Virus record (IMG/VR): IMGVR_UViG_3300027973_000071
Span: 1 to 52,723 of that record
Origin: a virus
Taxonomy: Duplodnaviria > Caudoviricetes
Length of the DNA stretch: 52,723 nt
Reading direction: 5' to 3' (one strand)
Positions 9,461-17,774 of the stretch are shown one piece after another. A model generated the notes under the pieces. That model saw only the letters and a list, made by a program, of their open reading frames with translations. It was not told the origin of the DNA and made no database searches. A program made the translations under genes and the position numbers. The stretch's first letter is position 1; every line of letters begins with the position of its first letter.

Positions 9461-9895
9461 ATGTCCGCAATGTCCGATTACCTTGAGAACAAGCTGGTTG
9501 ACCAGCTCTTCCGAGGTCAAGCCGCTCCCACGACTACCACCCTGTACGTCGGTCTGTTCACTGCTGCCCCGTCTGACTCCGGCGGCGGCACGGAAGTCAG
9601 TGGCGGCAGCTATGCTCGCACATCTGTCTCTTCGTCTTTGGCCAACTGGGCTGGCACTCAGTCTTCCGGCTCGACGACCGCATCGAGCGGCACAGGTGGC
9701 TCGACTTCAAACAACAACGCCATTACGTTTGCGACTCCGTCCGCCACCTGGGGAACGGTTACGCACTTTGGCATCTTTGATGCGGCCTCTGCCGGCAACC
9801 TGTTGTTCTGGGGTGCGCTGACCATCAGCAAAACGGTCAACCAGTCCGATACCGTTACGTTCCCGGCTGGCTCTCTGTCTGTCACCTTTGCGTAA
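9461..9895 (+). CDS. Small beta-rich virion fibre subunit
   Basis: MSDYLENK, LYVGLFTAAP, EVSGGSYAR, WGTVTHFGIFDA..GNLL and TFPAGSL; a widespread phage structural family; GAGG RBS. Confidence 0.75.
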   Translation: MSAMSDYLENKLVDQLFRGQAAPTTTTLYVGLFTAAPSDSGGGTEVSGGSYARTSVSSSLANWAGTQSSGSTTASSGTGGSTSNNNAITFATPSATWGTVTHFGIFDAASAGNLLFWGALTISKTVNQSDTVTFPAGSLSVTFA

Positions 9896-9908
9896 AAGCG
9901 GGTAAGGG

Positions 9909-11213
9909 ATGCTGCTCAATAGTTCTGCGCTTAATAGCGCGGCACTAAATGCAAGCTCTGGAGCGGTTGCGTCACAGAGCTTGGCTTGTTCCGTCTCAAC
10001 AACGGCGCAAGTCAGCGCGTCCCTTGATAAGTCGGTAAGCTTTGACGCGTCGATTGCGTGCGCTGCATCATCGTCTGCTTCACTTATCCAGCCAATAGAG
10101 CTGTCCGGATCAGCGAGCTTAGCGTTTGCGGCGTCCGGCGGGCTCTCAGTACAAAAAGGAGTCTCGTCCGGCATATCTGCGGCTGCAACAGCATCAGCAG
10201 ACATCTCCTTAGGGAAGGCGCTTGCATCTTCCGTCTCCCTGTCTGTCACATCGTCAGTCAGTCTGTCTGTGGTCAAGGGGGTTTCGTCCTCCATTTCTAC
10301 AGCGGTCACAGCGGACGCGAGTCTTTCGCCAGAAAAGAATCTGTCGACATCTGTCTCGACAGCTTTTGTTGCCTCATCTAGTCTTTCGGCAGAGAAACCT
10401 CTATCGGTTTCTGCTGCATTTGCAATCACGGCTTCCGCGAACCTTTCAGCAGAAAAGGGTATCGCATCTTCTATAGCCGCGGTCGCCACAACATCCGCAA
10501 CTCTTTCGGGTGGGGCGGGCATCTCGGCATTTGCTGTGTTGGCCGTTACGGCTTCCGGTAGCCTTTCCGCAAGCAAGATACTAGCGGCATCCGTTGCCGC
10601 AACGGCAGTTCAGTCGTCTTCATTCTCAGTTGCGTTACGGATAGCTTCCAGCGTTTCCGCTTCCTTGTCTGCTTCTGGCAGCATGTCGAAGACGGCGTCG
10701 ATTGCCGCTTCTATTCAGGCATCAGTGGCGCGGTCGGGGGCGCTTGCCATTACCGCAAGGCTTGCCGCGTCCGCAAGCGCTGTTGCAAGCATCGCTCAGG
10801 CTTCAATAATTTCCTTCAGAAGTGTTGCTGCCTCCATCAGTGCAACATCTTCGGCAAGCGCAAGCGCATCGATAATCCGAAGCATTGCCGGCTCCATTAA
10901 TGCAACCGCTCAGGCCTCAGGCTTGGTTTCTGCGGTTTTGGTTTTTAGTGGCTCGGCGCTTTCTACCGCGCTAACCAGCCCAACGATTTTTATTACCAAG
11001 AGATTTGGCGGGAGCGCGTTGGCTTCAGCCGCTGTTGCCAGTTCGCGCCTGCGAAAGATCTACACTCAATCCGGCCTCTTGTCGTCCGTGTCAACAAGCT
11101 ACGTGCAGGCAAGTGCCGCCGCCAACGACATCGAGGTGTCTGCTTCTTACAACGACATTGCCGTAGGTGCAGAGATCGAATATATCAATGTTGAAGTTCT
11201 GAAGGTTGCGTAA
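9909..11213 (+). CDS. Ser/Ala-rich 20-aa tandem-repeat virion protein
   Basis: About 18 imperfect 20-residue repeats with alternating small/hydrophobic residues. Confidence 0.75.
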   Translation: MLLNSSALNSAALNASSGAVASQSLACSVSTTAQVSASLDKSVSFDASIACAASSSASLIQPIELSGSASLAFAASGGLSVQKGVSSGISAAATASADISLGKALASSVSLSVTSSVSLSVVKGVSSSISTAVTADASLSPEKNLSTSVSTAFVASSSLSAEKPLSVSAAFAITASANLSAEKGIASSIAAVATTSATLSGGAGISAFAVLAVTASGSLSASKILAASVAATAVQSSSFSVALRIASSVSASLSASGSMSKTASIAASIQASVARSGALAITARLAASASAVASIAQASIISFRSVAASISATSSASASASIIRSIAGSINATAQASGLVSAVLVFSGSALSTALTSPTIFITKRFGGSALASAAVASSRLRKIYTQSGLLSSVSTSYVQASAAANDIEVSASYNDIAVGAEIEYINVEVLKVA

Positions 11214-12352
11214 TGCCAGTCCTCTATTCAAACAACGCATCGGCTACCCTAGCATCTTCGATTACGAACATCGCCACAAGCCTGACCGTTGCGACGGGAA
11301 AGGGCGCTCTATTCCCGTCAATCTCTGGCGGAGACTACTTTTACGTCACGCTGACTGACGCCTCGAGCAACATCGAGATTGTCAAGGTTACGGCCGTAAG
11401 CACGGACACATTCACCGTCACTCGCGCCCAAGACGGGACGACTGCTAGAGCGTGGTCAACCGGAGATACCGTGGAACTCCGTGTTGCAAGGGTGATGCTG
11501 AATGACCTAAAGACTGAGCGGCTGGCGCTTACTGGCGGCACGATGACGGGGCAGTTAATATTTCCGGCATCCACAACAACGGCAGCGCCTTTTAATATTG
11601 GTGTCGGCTCTGCACCGACCAGCCCGGTTACGGGGGATGTTTGGGGAACCTCTAGCGGCTTGTTTTACCGCATTTCCGGCGCCACGTATTCAATAGCAAG
11701 TCTAAATCAAAGCAACCAAACATTTTCCGGCAATCAAATCTTTTCATCTATTAGCTCAGCGGCATCGCTAACAATTCAGGCATCCGCGGTAGCGCAGACA
11801 TTGACAATTGGCAATACGGGTCATACTGGAACAATTGCTATTGGCTTGTCTACTGCAAGCCAAACCACCAACATTCAGGCTGGAGCAACAGCATCTGGCA
11901 GCACCAAAACCATAAACATTGGTACGGCTGGCCTAAGTGGATCGACAACTGCAATAGCTATTGGTTCTGCTGTTTCTGGCGCAACAACCAGCGTCGCTGC
12001 CAGCGGGCAATGGACCTTCTCGGGAAACATTAAAGAGAACGTCTTTACCATCACTGATGGCGCATCTGTTGACGTAAACCCAGCCAACGGATCTATTCAG
12101 CTCTGGACTCTTGGTGCAAGCCGAACTCCAACGGCAAGCAGCTTTGCTGCCGGCCAGAGTGTTACGCTGATGGTTACAGCCGGAGCCAACGCCATTACCT
12201 GGACTGACACCAGCTTTGGATCTGGCGGCGTTAAATGGGTTGGTTCGGCTGGCGCTGGATCCGCGCCAACATTGTCGACCACAGTAGTCAGCATTATTGA
12301 GCTTTGGAAGACCGGATCCCAGGTCTACGGCGCATTTGTGGGAGTTGCATAA
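11213..12352 (+). CDS. Tail fibre-like protein
   Basis: NNASATLAS...EIVKVT...VTRAQDGT.A..W..GD.VELR N-terminal domain; LTGGTMTG fibre motif; T/S/G-rich body. Confidence 0.75.
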   Translation: MPVLYSNNASATLASSITNIATSLTVATGKGALFPSISGGDYFYVTLTDASSNIEIVKVTAVSTDTFTVTRAQDGTTARAWSTGDTVELRVARVMLNDLKTERLALTGGTMTGQLIFPASTTTAAPFNIGVGSAPTSPVTGDVWGTSSGLFYRISGATYSIASLNQSNQTFSGNQIFSSISSAASLTIQASAVAQTLTIGNTGHTGTIAIGLSTASQTTNIQAGATASGSTKTINIGTAGLSGSTTAIAIGSAVSGATTSVAASGQWTFSGNIKENVFTITDGASVDVNPANGSIQLWTLGASRTPTASSFAAGQSVTLMVTAGANAITWTDTSFGSGGVKWVGSAGAGSAPTLSTTVVSIIELWKTGSQVYGAFVGVA

Positions 12353-13056
12353 TGCTTTCACGGGCTCTCCGATCCGCTGTTATGTCGCGTCAGGCAGACA
12401 ATGTTTCTTCCATCTCATTTATTGCCAGCACAGGCGTTAACGTAAAAACAATAACGTATCCATCTGCCGCCAGTGGCGCACAGGCTGGAGACCTTCTTAT
12501 TGTTTACTATAACTCAGCAACGGACGCTGTCGCAACGCCTCCATCATTGAGTTTTGCGGGCTCTGGTCTAACGCAGCTTGCGTCATATAATGAATATGCA
12601 ACGGCAGCTGCCGACGCGGGCAATATTTACATTGGCTACAAGATTCTGACGTCGGCAGATCTTGGATCAACATTTACGCCAACAACCGCTGGCCCTTATT
12701 ACGTATGGTCGTGCTCAGTATTTAGGCTAAACAACAAAAGTTTAACATCCGTTACTTCGGGCAGCGTAACAACAAACGGAAACGCGGGAACTATTGCTAC
12801 CCCTTCAGCTCAAACAATCACCTCGTCTAGCGGCACAGCGCCATTGATAGCCTTGGGTTTTTACAGCATTGAGGGCGGAGGTAACGCATCAGCCTCTACG
12901 ATGTCTCCCACGCAAACCGGGTCGGTCATTCAATTCACCTCACACGTTCTTCGATACAAAATTTATAACTCATCCCCACAAAACGTAACCTGCACTTACT
13001 CGTCGACCGGAGGAACCGCCAGGGGAATGGCATCCATGTACCTGTCGCTCTCATAA
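12352..13056 (+). CDS. Fibre-associated or receptor-binding protein
   Basis: TAATG coupling; AGDLLIV motif; beta-rich; AT-richer codon usage than its neighbours. Confidence 0.6.
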   Translation: MLSRALRSAVMSRQADNVSSISFIASTGVNVKTITYPSAASGAQAGDLLIVYYNSATDAVATPPSLSFAGSGLTQLASYNEYATAAADAGNIYIGYKILTSADLGSTFTPTTAGPYYVWSCSVFRLNNKSLTSVTSGSVTTNGNAGTIATPSAQTITSSSGTAPLIALGFYSIEGGGNASASTMSPTQTGSVIQFTSHVLRYKIYNSSPQNVTCTYSSTGGTARGMASMYLSLS

Positions 13057-13068
13057 AGGTAGCACAAA

Positions 13069-13494
13069 ATGTATGCGCTGATTAACAACGGCAACATCGT
13101 TAAGTATCCAGCAAGCCTTTCGGCCGAGTATCCAAACACATCGTTTCCAGAAGAGCCGACTTCAGAAACCTTGCTTGAGTTTGGTGTTGTTGTGGTTGAG
13201 GAGTCTGCTCGGCCAGACTTTAGCCCTCTAATTGAATACTTGGTTGAAGTTACTCCGGTATTTGATAGCGGAGTTTGGAAACAGGCTTGGCAAGTCAACG
13301 AGCTTGATGAAATTAAAGCGTCCTTGAATGTTCGCTCGGAGCGAAACGCAAGGCTTTCCAGTAGCGACTGGACACAAATCGCGGACGCAACAGTTGACAA
13401 GGCTGCGTGGGCCGTTTATCGACAGGCTTTGCGCAACGTCCCGGACCAGCAGGACTTTCCTTTCAGGGTTCAATGGCCCAGCAAGCCTCAGTAA
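13069..13494 (+). CDS. Tail fibre assembly chaperone
   Basis: VRSERNARLSSSDWTQ..D...WAVYRQALRNVPDQ..FP..V.WP.KP motif. Confidence 0.85.
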   Translation: MYALINNGNIVKYPASLSAEYPNTSFPEEPTSETLLEFGVVVVEESARPDFSPLIEYLVEVTPVFDSGVWKQAWQVNELDEIKASLNVRSERNARLSSSDWTQIADATVDKAAWAVYRQALRNVPDQQDFPFRVQWPSKPQ

Positions 13495-13544
13495 CCAATA
13501 GCATGTGTAACAAAACAATTTAATAGATAGACTGAGGATAGAAA

Positions 13545-13913
13545 ATGATTGGCGAACTTATTGCATTGATGTTCCTAAGTAGAGATCTGGCTCACCGAAA
13601 GCATCTGCTTGTTTCCGGGCCCGGCGCATACGCCGCCCATCAAGCTCTAGCCGAGTTCTACGACGGCATTGTGGAAATTGCAGACGAGATTGCCGAGACC
13701 TATATGGGCAGCGGCAAAGAAATCGAAAAGATCCCGCTTCTTGCGCACAAGGGTGGAGACGACATCATTGAAATCCTCCAGGCCCATCACGACTGGGTGC
13801 TGAAAAATCGCTACGAGGTTGTGGAAAAAGAAGACACCTCGATACAAAACATCATAGATGAGGGCGTGGCGCTTTATCGCCGAACCCTCTTTAAGCTTCG
13901 TAGGCTGAAGTAA
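13545..13913 (+). CDS. Dps/ferritin-like protein (DUF5856-like)
   Basis: AHRKHL...YAAHQAL.EFYD.....D.IAE.Y.G and IQNIIDE four-helix-bundle motifs. Confidence 0.7.
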   Translation: MIGELIALMFLSRDLAHRKHLLVSGPGAYAAHQALAEFYDGIVEIADEIAETYMGSGKEIEKIPLLAHKGGDDIIEILQAHHDWVLKNRYEVVEKEDTSIQNIIDEGVALYRRTLFKLRRLK

Positions 13914-13925
13914 GAGGTAAGCGCC

Positions 13926-14123
13926 GTGAATAATCTGACCGAGCAAACCAAACACGTTGTTGATGCGGTGAGTGTTGGCACGGTTCTGCTCTCCCTGTCT
14001 CAATGGCTTCCTCCGATTGCCGCCTTGATTTCTATTGTTTGGGGCTGCATCAGGATCTATGAAACCAAAACCGTTCAAGGATGGTTGGGCCGAGGCCCGG
14101 AGGCGGGGCAAAAGAATGAGTAA
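13926..14123 (+). CDS. Holin
   Basis: Hydrophobic 65-aa ORF (WLPPIAALISIVW..IRIYET) overlapping the endolysin; GAGG RBS. Confidence 0.7.
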   Translation: MNNLTEQTKHVVDAVSVGTVLLSLSQWLPPIAALISIVWGCIRIYETKTVQGWLGRGPEAGQKNE

Positions 14124-14592
14124 CTTCCGGGTTGTTGTTGCGGCGCTCACTCTGTCGGCAACGGCATTTGGCGGCTTAGTGATGAATGAAGGCTGGTCAG
14201 ATGTCGCAGAACCACCAGTCCCTGGCGATGTTCCGACATACGGGTTTGGCACCACAACCGACGAACAAGGCCGGCCACTTAAGGGTGGAGAGAAGATCAA
14301 TCCTGCCAAGGCTGTGGTTCGCGCACTCCAAGATATCCGGAGGTATGAGGGGGCAATCAAGACCTGCGTGAAGGTGCCTCTTCATCAGTACGAGTACGAC
14401 GCTTACGTTTCCCTGGCCTACAACATTGGATCGGGGGCGTTTTGTGGCAGCACTCTTGTCAGGAAACTTAACGCTCAGGATTATTCTGGTGCCTGCTCCG
14501 AGATTTTGCGCTGGGACCGATTTAACGGCGAGCGCCTCCGTGGCCTGTCGATTCGCCGACAGGCTGAATACGAACAATGCGTAGGAGGCTGA
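14116..14592 (+). CDS. Endolysin (GH24 lysozyme, probable SAR N-terminus)
   Basis: Hydrophobic N-terminus, then EG...D.PTYGFG.T; YDAYVSLAYNIG; GL..RR..E. Confidence 0.9.
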   Translation: MSNFRVVVAALTLSATAFGGLVMNEGWSDVAEPPVPGDVPTYGFGTTTDEQGRPLKGGEKINPAKAVVRALQDIRRYEGAIKTCVKVPLHQYEYDAYVSLAYNIGSGAFCGSTLVRKLNAQDYSGACSEILRWDRFNGERLRGLSIRRQAEYEQCVGG

Positions 14593-14593
14593 T

Positions 14594-15085
14594 ATGCTGT
14601 ACCTGCTGAATCCACGCGTCTGGATTGCCTTGGCTATGGCAATCCTTTTGTCTATCACACATTTCTATGCTTTTCGTTCCGGCAAGTCGTTTGTTCGGGC
14701 GGAATGGGATAAGGAAAAAGCTGTTCAGCTAGAAACCGCTCTTAAGCAAGAGTCGGAGTTTAGGGTTAAAGAGCAACAGCTTGTTAAGGCTAAACAAGAG
14801 AGCGAGGTAAAGTATGTTGAACTCAAGAAGCGTTACGAGCGCAGCGCTGCTGGCGCTCAGTCTGAGCTTGGTCAGTTGCGCGACAAGCTCTCCTCCTCGG
14901 GTGCTTCAGCCTCCGCAAGCCCCGCCTCCGGCGCCCGAGTTAATGCAGGAGCAGGACTTGAGCGAGAGCTACTCGGACATTGTGCGACGGCTCTTGTTGG
15001 AATGGCAGCAGAAGCTGACCGACTGGAAGCGCTCGTCGTAGGCCTCCAAGGCTACGTGCGCGGCGTATGCATGAAGAAAAACTGA
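14594..15085 (+). CDS. Inner-membrane spanin (Rz-like)
   Basis: N-terminal TM helix plus coiled coil, directly after the endolysin. Confidence 0.8.
   Translation: MLYLLNPRVWIALAMAILLSITHFYAFRSGKSFVRAEWDKEKAVQLETALKQESEFRVKEQQLVKAKQESEVKYVELKKRYERSAAGAQSELGQLRDKLSSSGASASASPASGARVNAGAGLERELLGHCATALVGMAAEADRLEALVVGLQGYVRGVCMKKN
14814..15041 (+). CDS. Outer-membrane spanin lipoprotein (Rz1-like), embedded in the i-spanin gene
   Basis: Signal peptide with lipobox LVSC and a Pro-rich mature part, in a shifted frame inside the Rz-like gene. Confidence 0.8.
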   Translation: MLNSRSVTSAALLALSLSLVSCATSSPPRVLQPPQAPPPAPELMQEQDLSESYSDIVRRLLLEWQQKLTDWKRSS

Positions 15086-15104
15086 AAGCACCGGAGAAAA
15101 TCGT

Positions 15105-15416
15105 ATGAAGGCGTCAAACATCAAACGCGATGGCGGAAAGCTGGTTTACCGGGGGCATGAGTTTCCGGGATTCAACAAGCCAGTTGACGCCCCGGATGGC
15201 GCCAAGCAGAAAAAGATGGTTCTCGCCAAAAAGGGTGACGAGGTAAAACTGGTTCGCTTTGGCCTACGCGGCATGCAGGATTACACCCAGCACCACGACG
15301 AAAAGCGCCGGGATAACTATCTTTCTCGATCCGCCGGAATCAGGGACAAGAACGGAAACCTGACCAAGGATGACAAGTTCAGCGCCAACTACTGGGCGCG
15401 AACCAAGCTCTGGTAA
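15105..15416 (+). CDS. Conserved basic phage protein (DUF5754/DUF6321-like)
   Basis: KLVRFG..GM.DY..H.D..RR..Y..R and FSANYWAR..LW motifs. Confidence 0.6.
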   Translation: MKASNIKRDGGKLVYRGHEFPGFNKPVDAPDGAKQKKMVLAKKGDEVKLVRFGLRGMQDYTQHHDEKRRDNYLSRSAGIRDKNGNLTKDDKFSANYWARTKLW

Positions 15417-15422
15417 CACGAC

Positions 15423-17774
15423 ATGGCTGGATTCGGCGTAAAAAGTTTCAACGGGCTTAAGCCCATTGTCAGCACCAAGCTGTTGCAGAACAACGAGGCG
15501 CAGACGGCAAACAACGTCCGTCTTGTCTCTGGTGCGCTTGTGCCGATGAAGGCCTCAACCGATCTCAAAGACGCGCTTCGCACCAACCCAAAGACAATCT
15601 TCCCTTATCAGGGAACCTCGGGAGAAAACTCTACTTGGCTTGAGTTTTCCGAAGATACCGATGTCTTTCGCTCCCCGATTGCCAACGATGTTAACGAGCG
15701 TCTGTACTGGACCAATGGCACCGACGTTCCTCGCTATGCTCCGTACTCACTGATTCTTCAGTCAGGAACAGGCGCTTATCCAAGGGCTTCGTACCAGCTC
15801 GGAATTCCCGCGCCAACATCTCCTCCATCGATTACGTCTTTCGGAAACCCAACCGCTTACACGCGGGTTGCGAGAGACTACGTGCTGACGTTCTACAACC
15901 CGACGACGCTTAAAGAATCCTTTCCGACAAAGGTGCTGTCGATCCAGGGTGTTGACGGTCAGAAAGTGTCTTTCTCAAACCTTACGACAGACAACCTTGG
16001 TGACGCGGGCATAACCAAGAAGCGTATTTATCGCAAGGTGTCTGGAACTTTCCGGCGCATAACCGAGCTGGATCTCAACGTCTCCGCATACAACGACACC
16101 GCAACAGATGCTTCGATTGCCAGCGCTTCGGCAATCTGGAACTCGCTGTCCCTGTCGGGCCCCACTCGCGCCCCATCCGTGTCGAACATTGGATCGGTTA
16201 GCTCGGAGACCTCCGGCGCAGTGCAGCGCGTCTACATGGTTTCATTTGCCGACGCTTCCGGAAATGAGACCAGCCACGGGCCCGCAAGCGCAACAGTATG
16301 GGTGGTTGACGGAACCACAGATGTCACGGTTACGCACAGCGAAACAATGCCTGCTGGCGTTACCAAAAAGCGGCTGTATCGTCAAACGCCAACCATTACA
16401 GGGGCGGTTGTCAGCATCAGCGAGTCCGCCTGGAAACTCGTTGCAGAGACCACGGCAAGCACTACTTCTTTTTCTGACAAGATTGCGGACTCAGCGCTTG
16501 GCGCATCTTTGTCGATGAGCCTGCAAAGTCTTCCGTCAACCCCTACGGGGACTCCTGGCGCAATCGCAACCGTGCCGTCAGATACCGTTCCAGAGACCAG
16601 GACTTACGTCTACACGTACGTTTCCGCATACGGGGAAGAGGGCCCCCCTTCTGCTGCATCATCGTCTGCAAACATTGATCCCGAGGGTGACGTCACAATT
16701 TCCATCCCGGCCTCCGTTCCGACCGGGTCATACAACATCACTAAAAAGCGGATCTACAGAAGCTCGACTGTTGGCAATGCGGCCCAGTTCCAGTACGTAG
16801 ACGAAGTTCCTGTTGCCTCTGACAGCTACACCGACTCCAAGACGCAATCCGACCTTGGCGAAGTGCTTCCATCCGAGGATTGGGTTGCTCCTCCGGCAGG
16901 CCTGAAGGGAATGCGCGTCATGGCAAACGGTGCCGCCGTTGGCTTTGTTGGCAAAACGCTGTACCTGTCTGAGCCCAACCTTCCTCATGCATGGCCTCAC
17001 GAATACCCGATTGACTTCAACATCGTTGGAATTGCTACGTTTGGTCAGTCGGTTGCGGTGTTGACAGATTCGTATCCGTACTTGTTCCAGGGCATCGACC
17101 CCGCCGCAATGTCTTCTAGCAAGCTGCCGCTTCAGCAGGCGTGCGTTTCCAAGCGCTCAATTGTTGAGACGGGGAGCGGAGTGATCTACGCTTCTGCTGA
17201 CGGGCTGGTTGAAATCGGCACAACCAACGACGTCGTCACCAAGAACCTGTACTCTCGAGACCAGTGGCAGGCTTTCAGCCCTTCATCGATGGAGTGCTAC
17301 GTATACAACGGCCGCATTCACATCACCTACGACACCGGCTCTTTGAAGGGAATGCTGGTCGTAGACATATCCGGCCAAGGGGCCGCACTAACGACATCTG
17401 ACATAAATGCCTCCAGCAAAATAACGGCAGGCTATTACGACGCCAGATCCGACATTCTTTACTTGGCTCAGGGTGGCAAGATTAAGCGCTTTGACGCCGG
17501 GTCGCCCCTGACTTCCAAGTGGCGCAGTAAAGTATTCCGCCTGGACTACCCGACTAACTTTGGGTTCTGTCAAGTTGTTGCCGAGGCTTATCCGGTAACA
17601 ATCAGGGTTTACTGCGAGAGTGCGCTAAAGCTTCAGAAGGTTGTGCAAAACAACAATGCGTTCCGTCTTCCCTCTGGATTCAGAAGTTATGACTGGGAGT
17701 TTGAGCTAGAGACCGGCAACGAGGTTTACTCGGTCAGCATTGCGCAAAACTCGACTGAAATGAAAGCGCTATGA
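15423..17774 (+). CDS. Tail nozzle/tail tubular protein B-like
   Basis: RTYVYTYVSAYGEEGPPS, LYLSEP..PHAWP, QACVSKRSIV and WRSK.F motifs; internal repeats of KKRIYR-type domains. Confidence 0.75.
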   Translation: MAGFGVKSFNGLKPIVSTKLLQNNEAQTANNVRLVSGALVPMKASTDLKDALRTNPKTIFPYQGTSGENSTWLEFSEDTDVFRSPIANDVNERLYWTNGTDVPRYAPYSLILQSGTGAYPRASYQLGIPAPTSPPSITSFGNPTAYTRVARDYVLTFYNPTTLKESFPTKVLSIQGVDGQKVSFSNLTTDNLGDAGITKKRIYRKVSGTFRRITELDLNVSAYNDTATDASIASASAIWNSLSLSGPTRAPSVSNIGSVSSETSGAVQRVYMVSFADASGNETSHGPASATVWVVDGTTDVTVTHSETMPAGVTKKRLYRQTPTITGAVVSISESAWKLVAETTASTTSFSDKIADSALGASLSMSLQSLPSTPTGTPGAIATVPSDTVPETRTYVYTYVSAYGEEGPPSAASSSANIDPEGDVTISIPASVPTGSYNITKKRIYRSSTVGNAAQFQYVDEVPVASDSYTDSKTQSDLGEVLPSEDWVAPPAGLKGMRVMANGAAVGFVGKTLYLSEPNLPHAWPHEYPIDFNIVGIATFGQSVAVLTDSYPYLFQGIDPAAMSSSKLPLQQACVSKRSIVETGSGVIYASADGLVEIGTTNDVVTKNLYSRDQWQAFSPSSMECYVYNGRIHITYDTGSLKGMLVVDISGQGAALTTSDINASSKITAGYYDARSDILYLAQGGKIKRFDAGSPLTSKWRSKVFRLDYPTNFGFCQVVAEAYPVTIRVYCESALKLQKVVQNNNAFRLPSGFRSYDWEFELETGNEVYSVSIAQNSTEMKAL

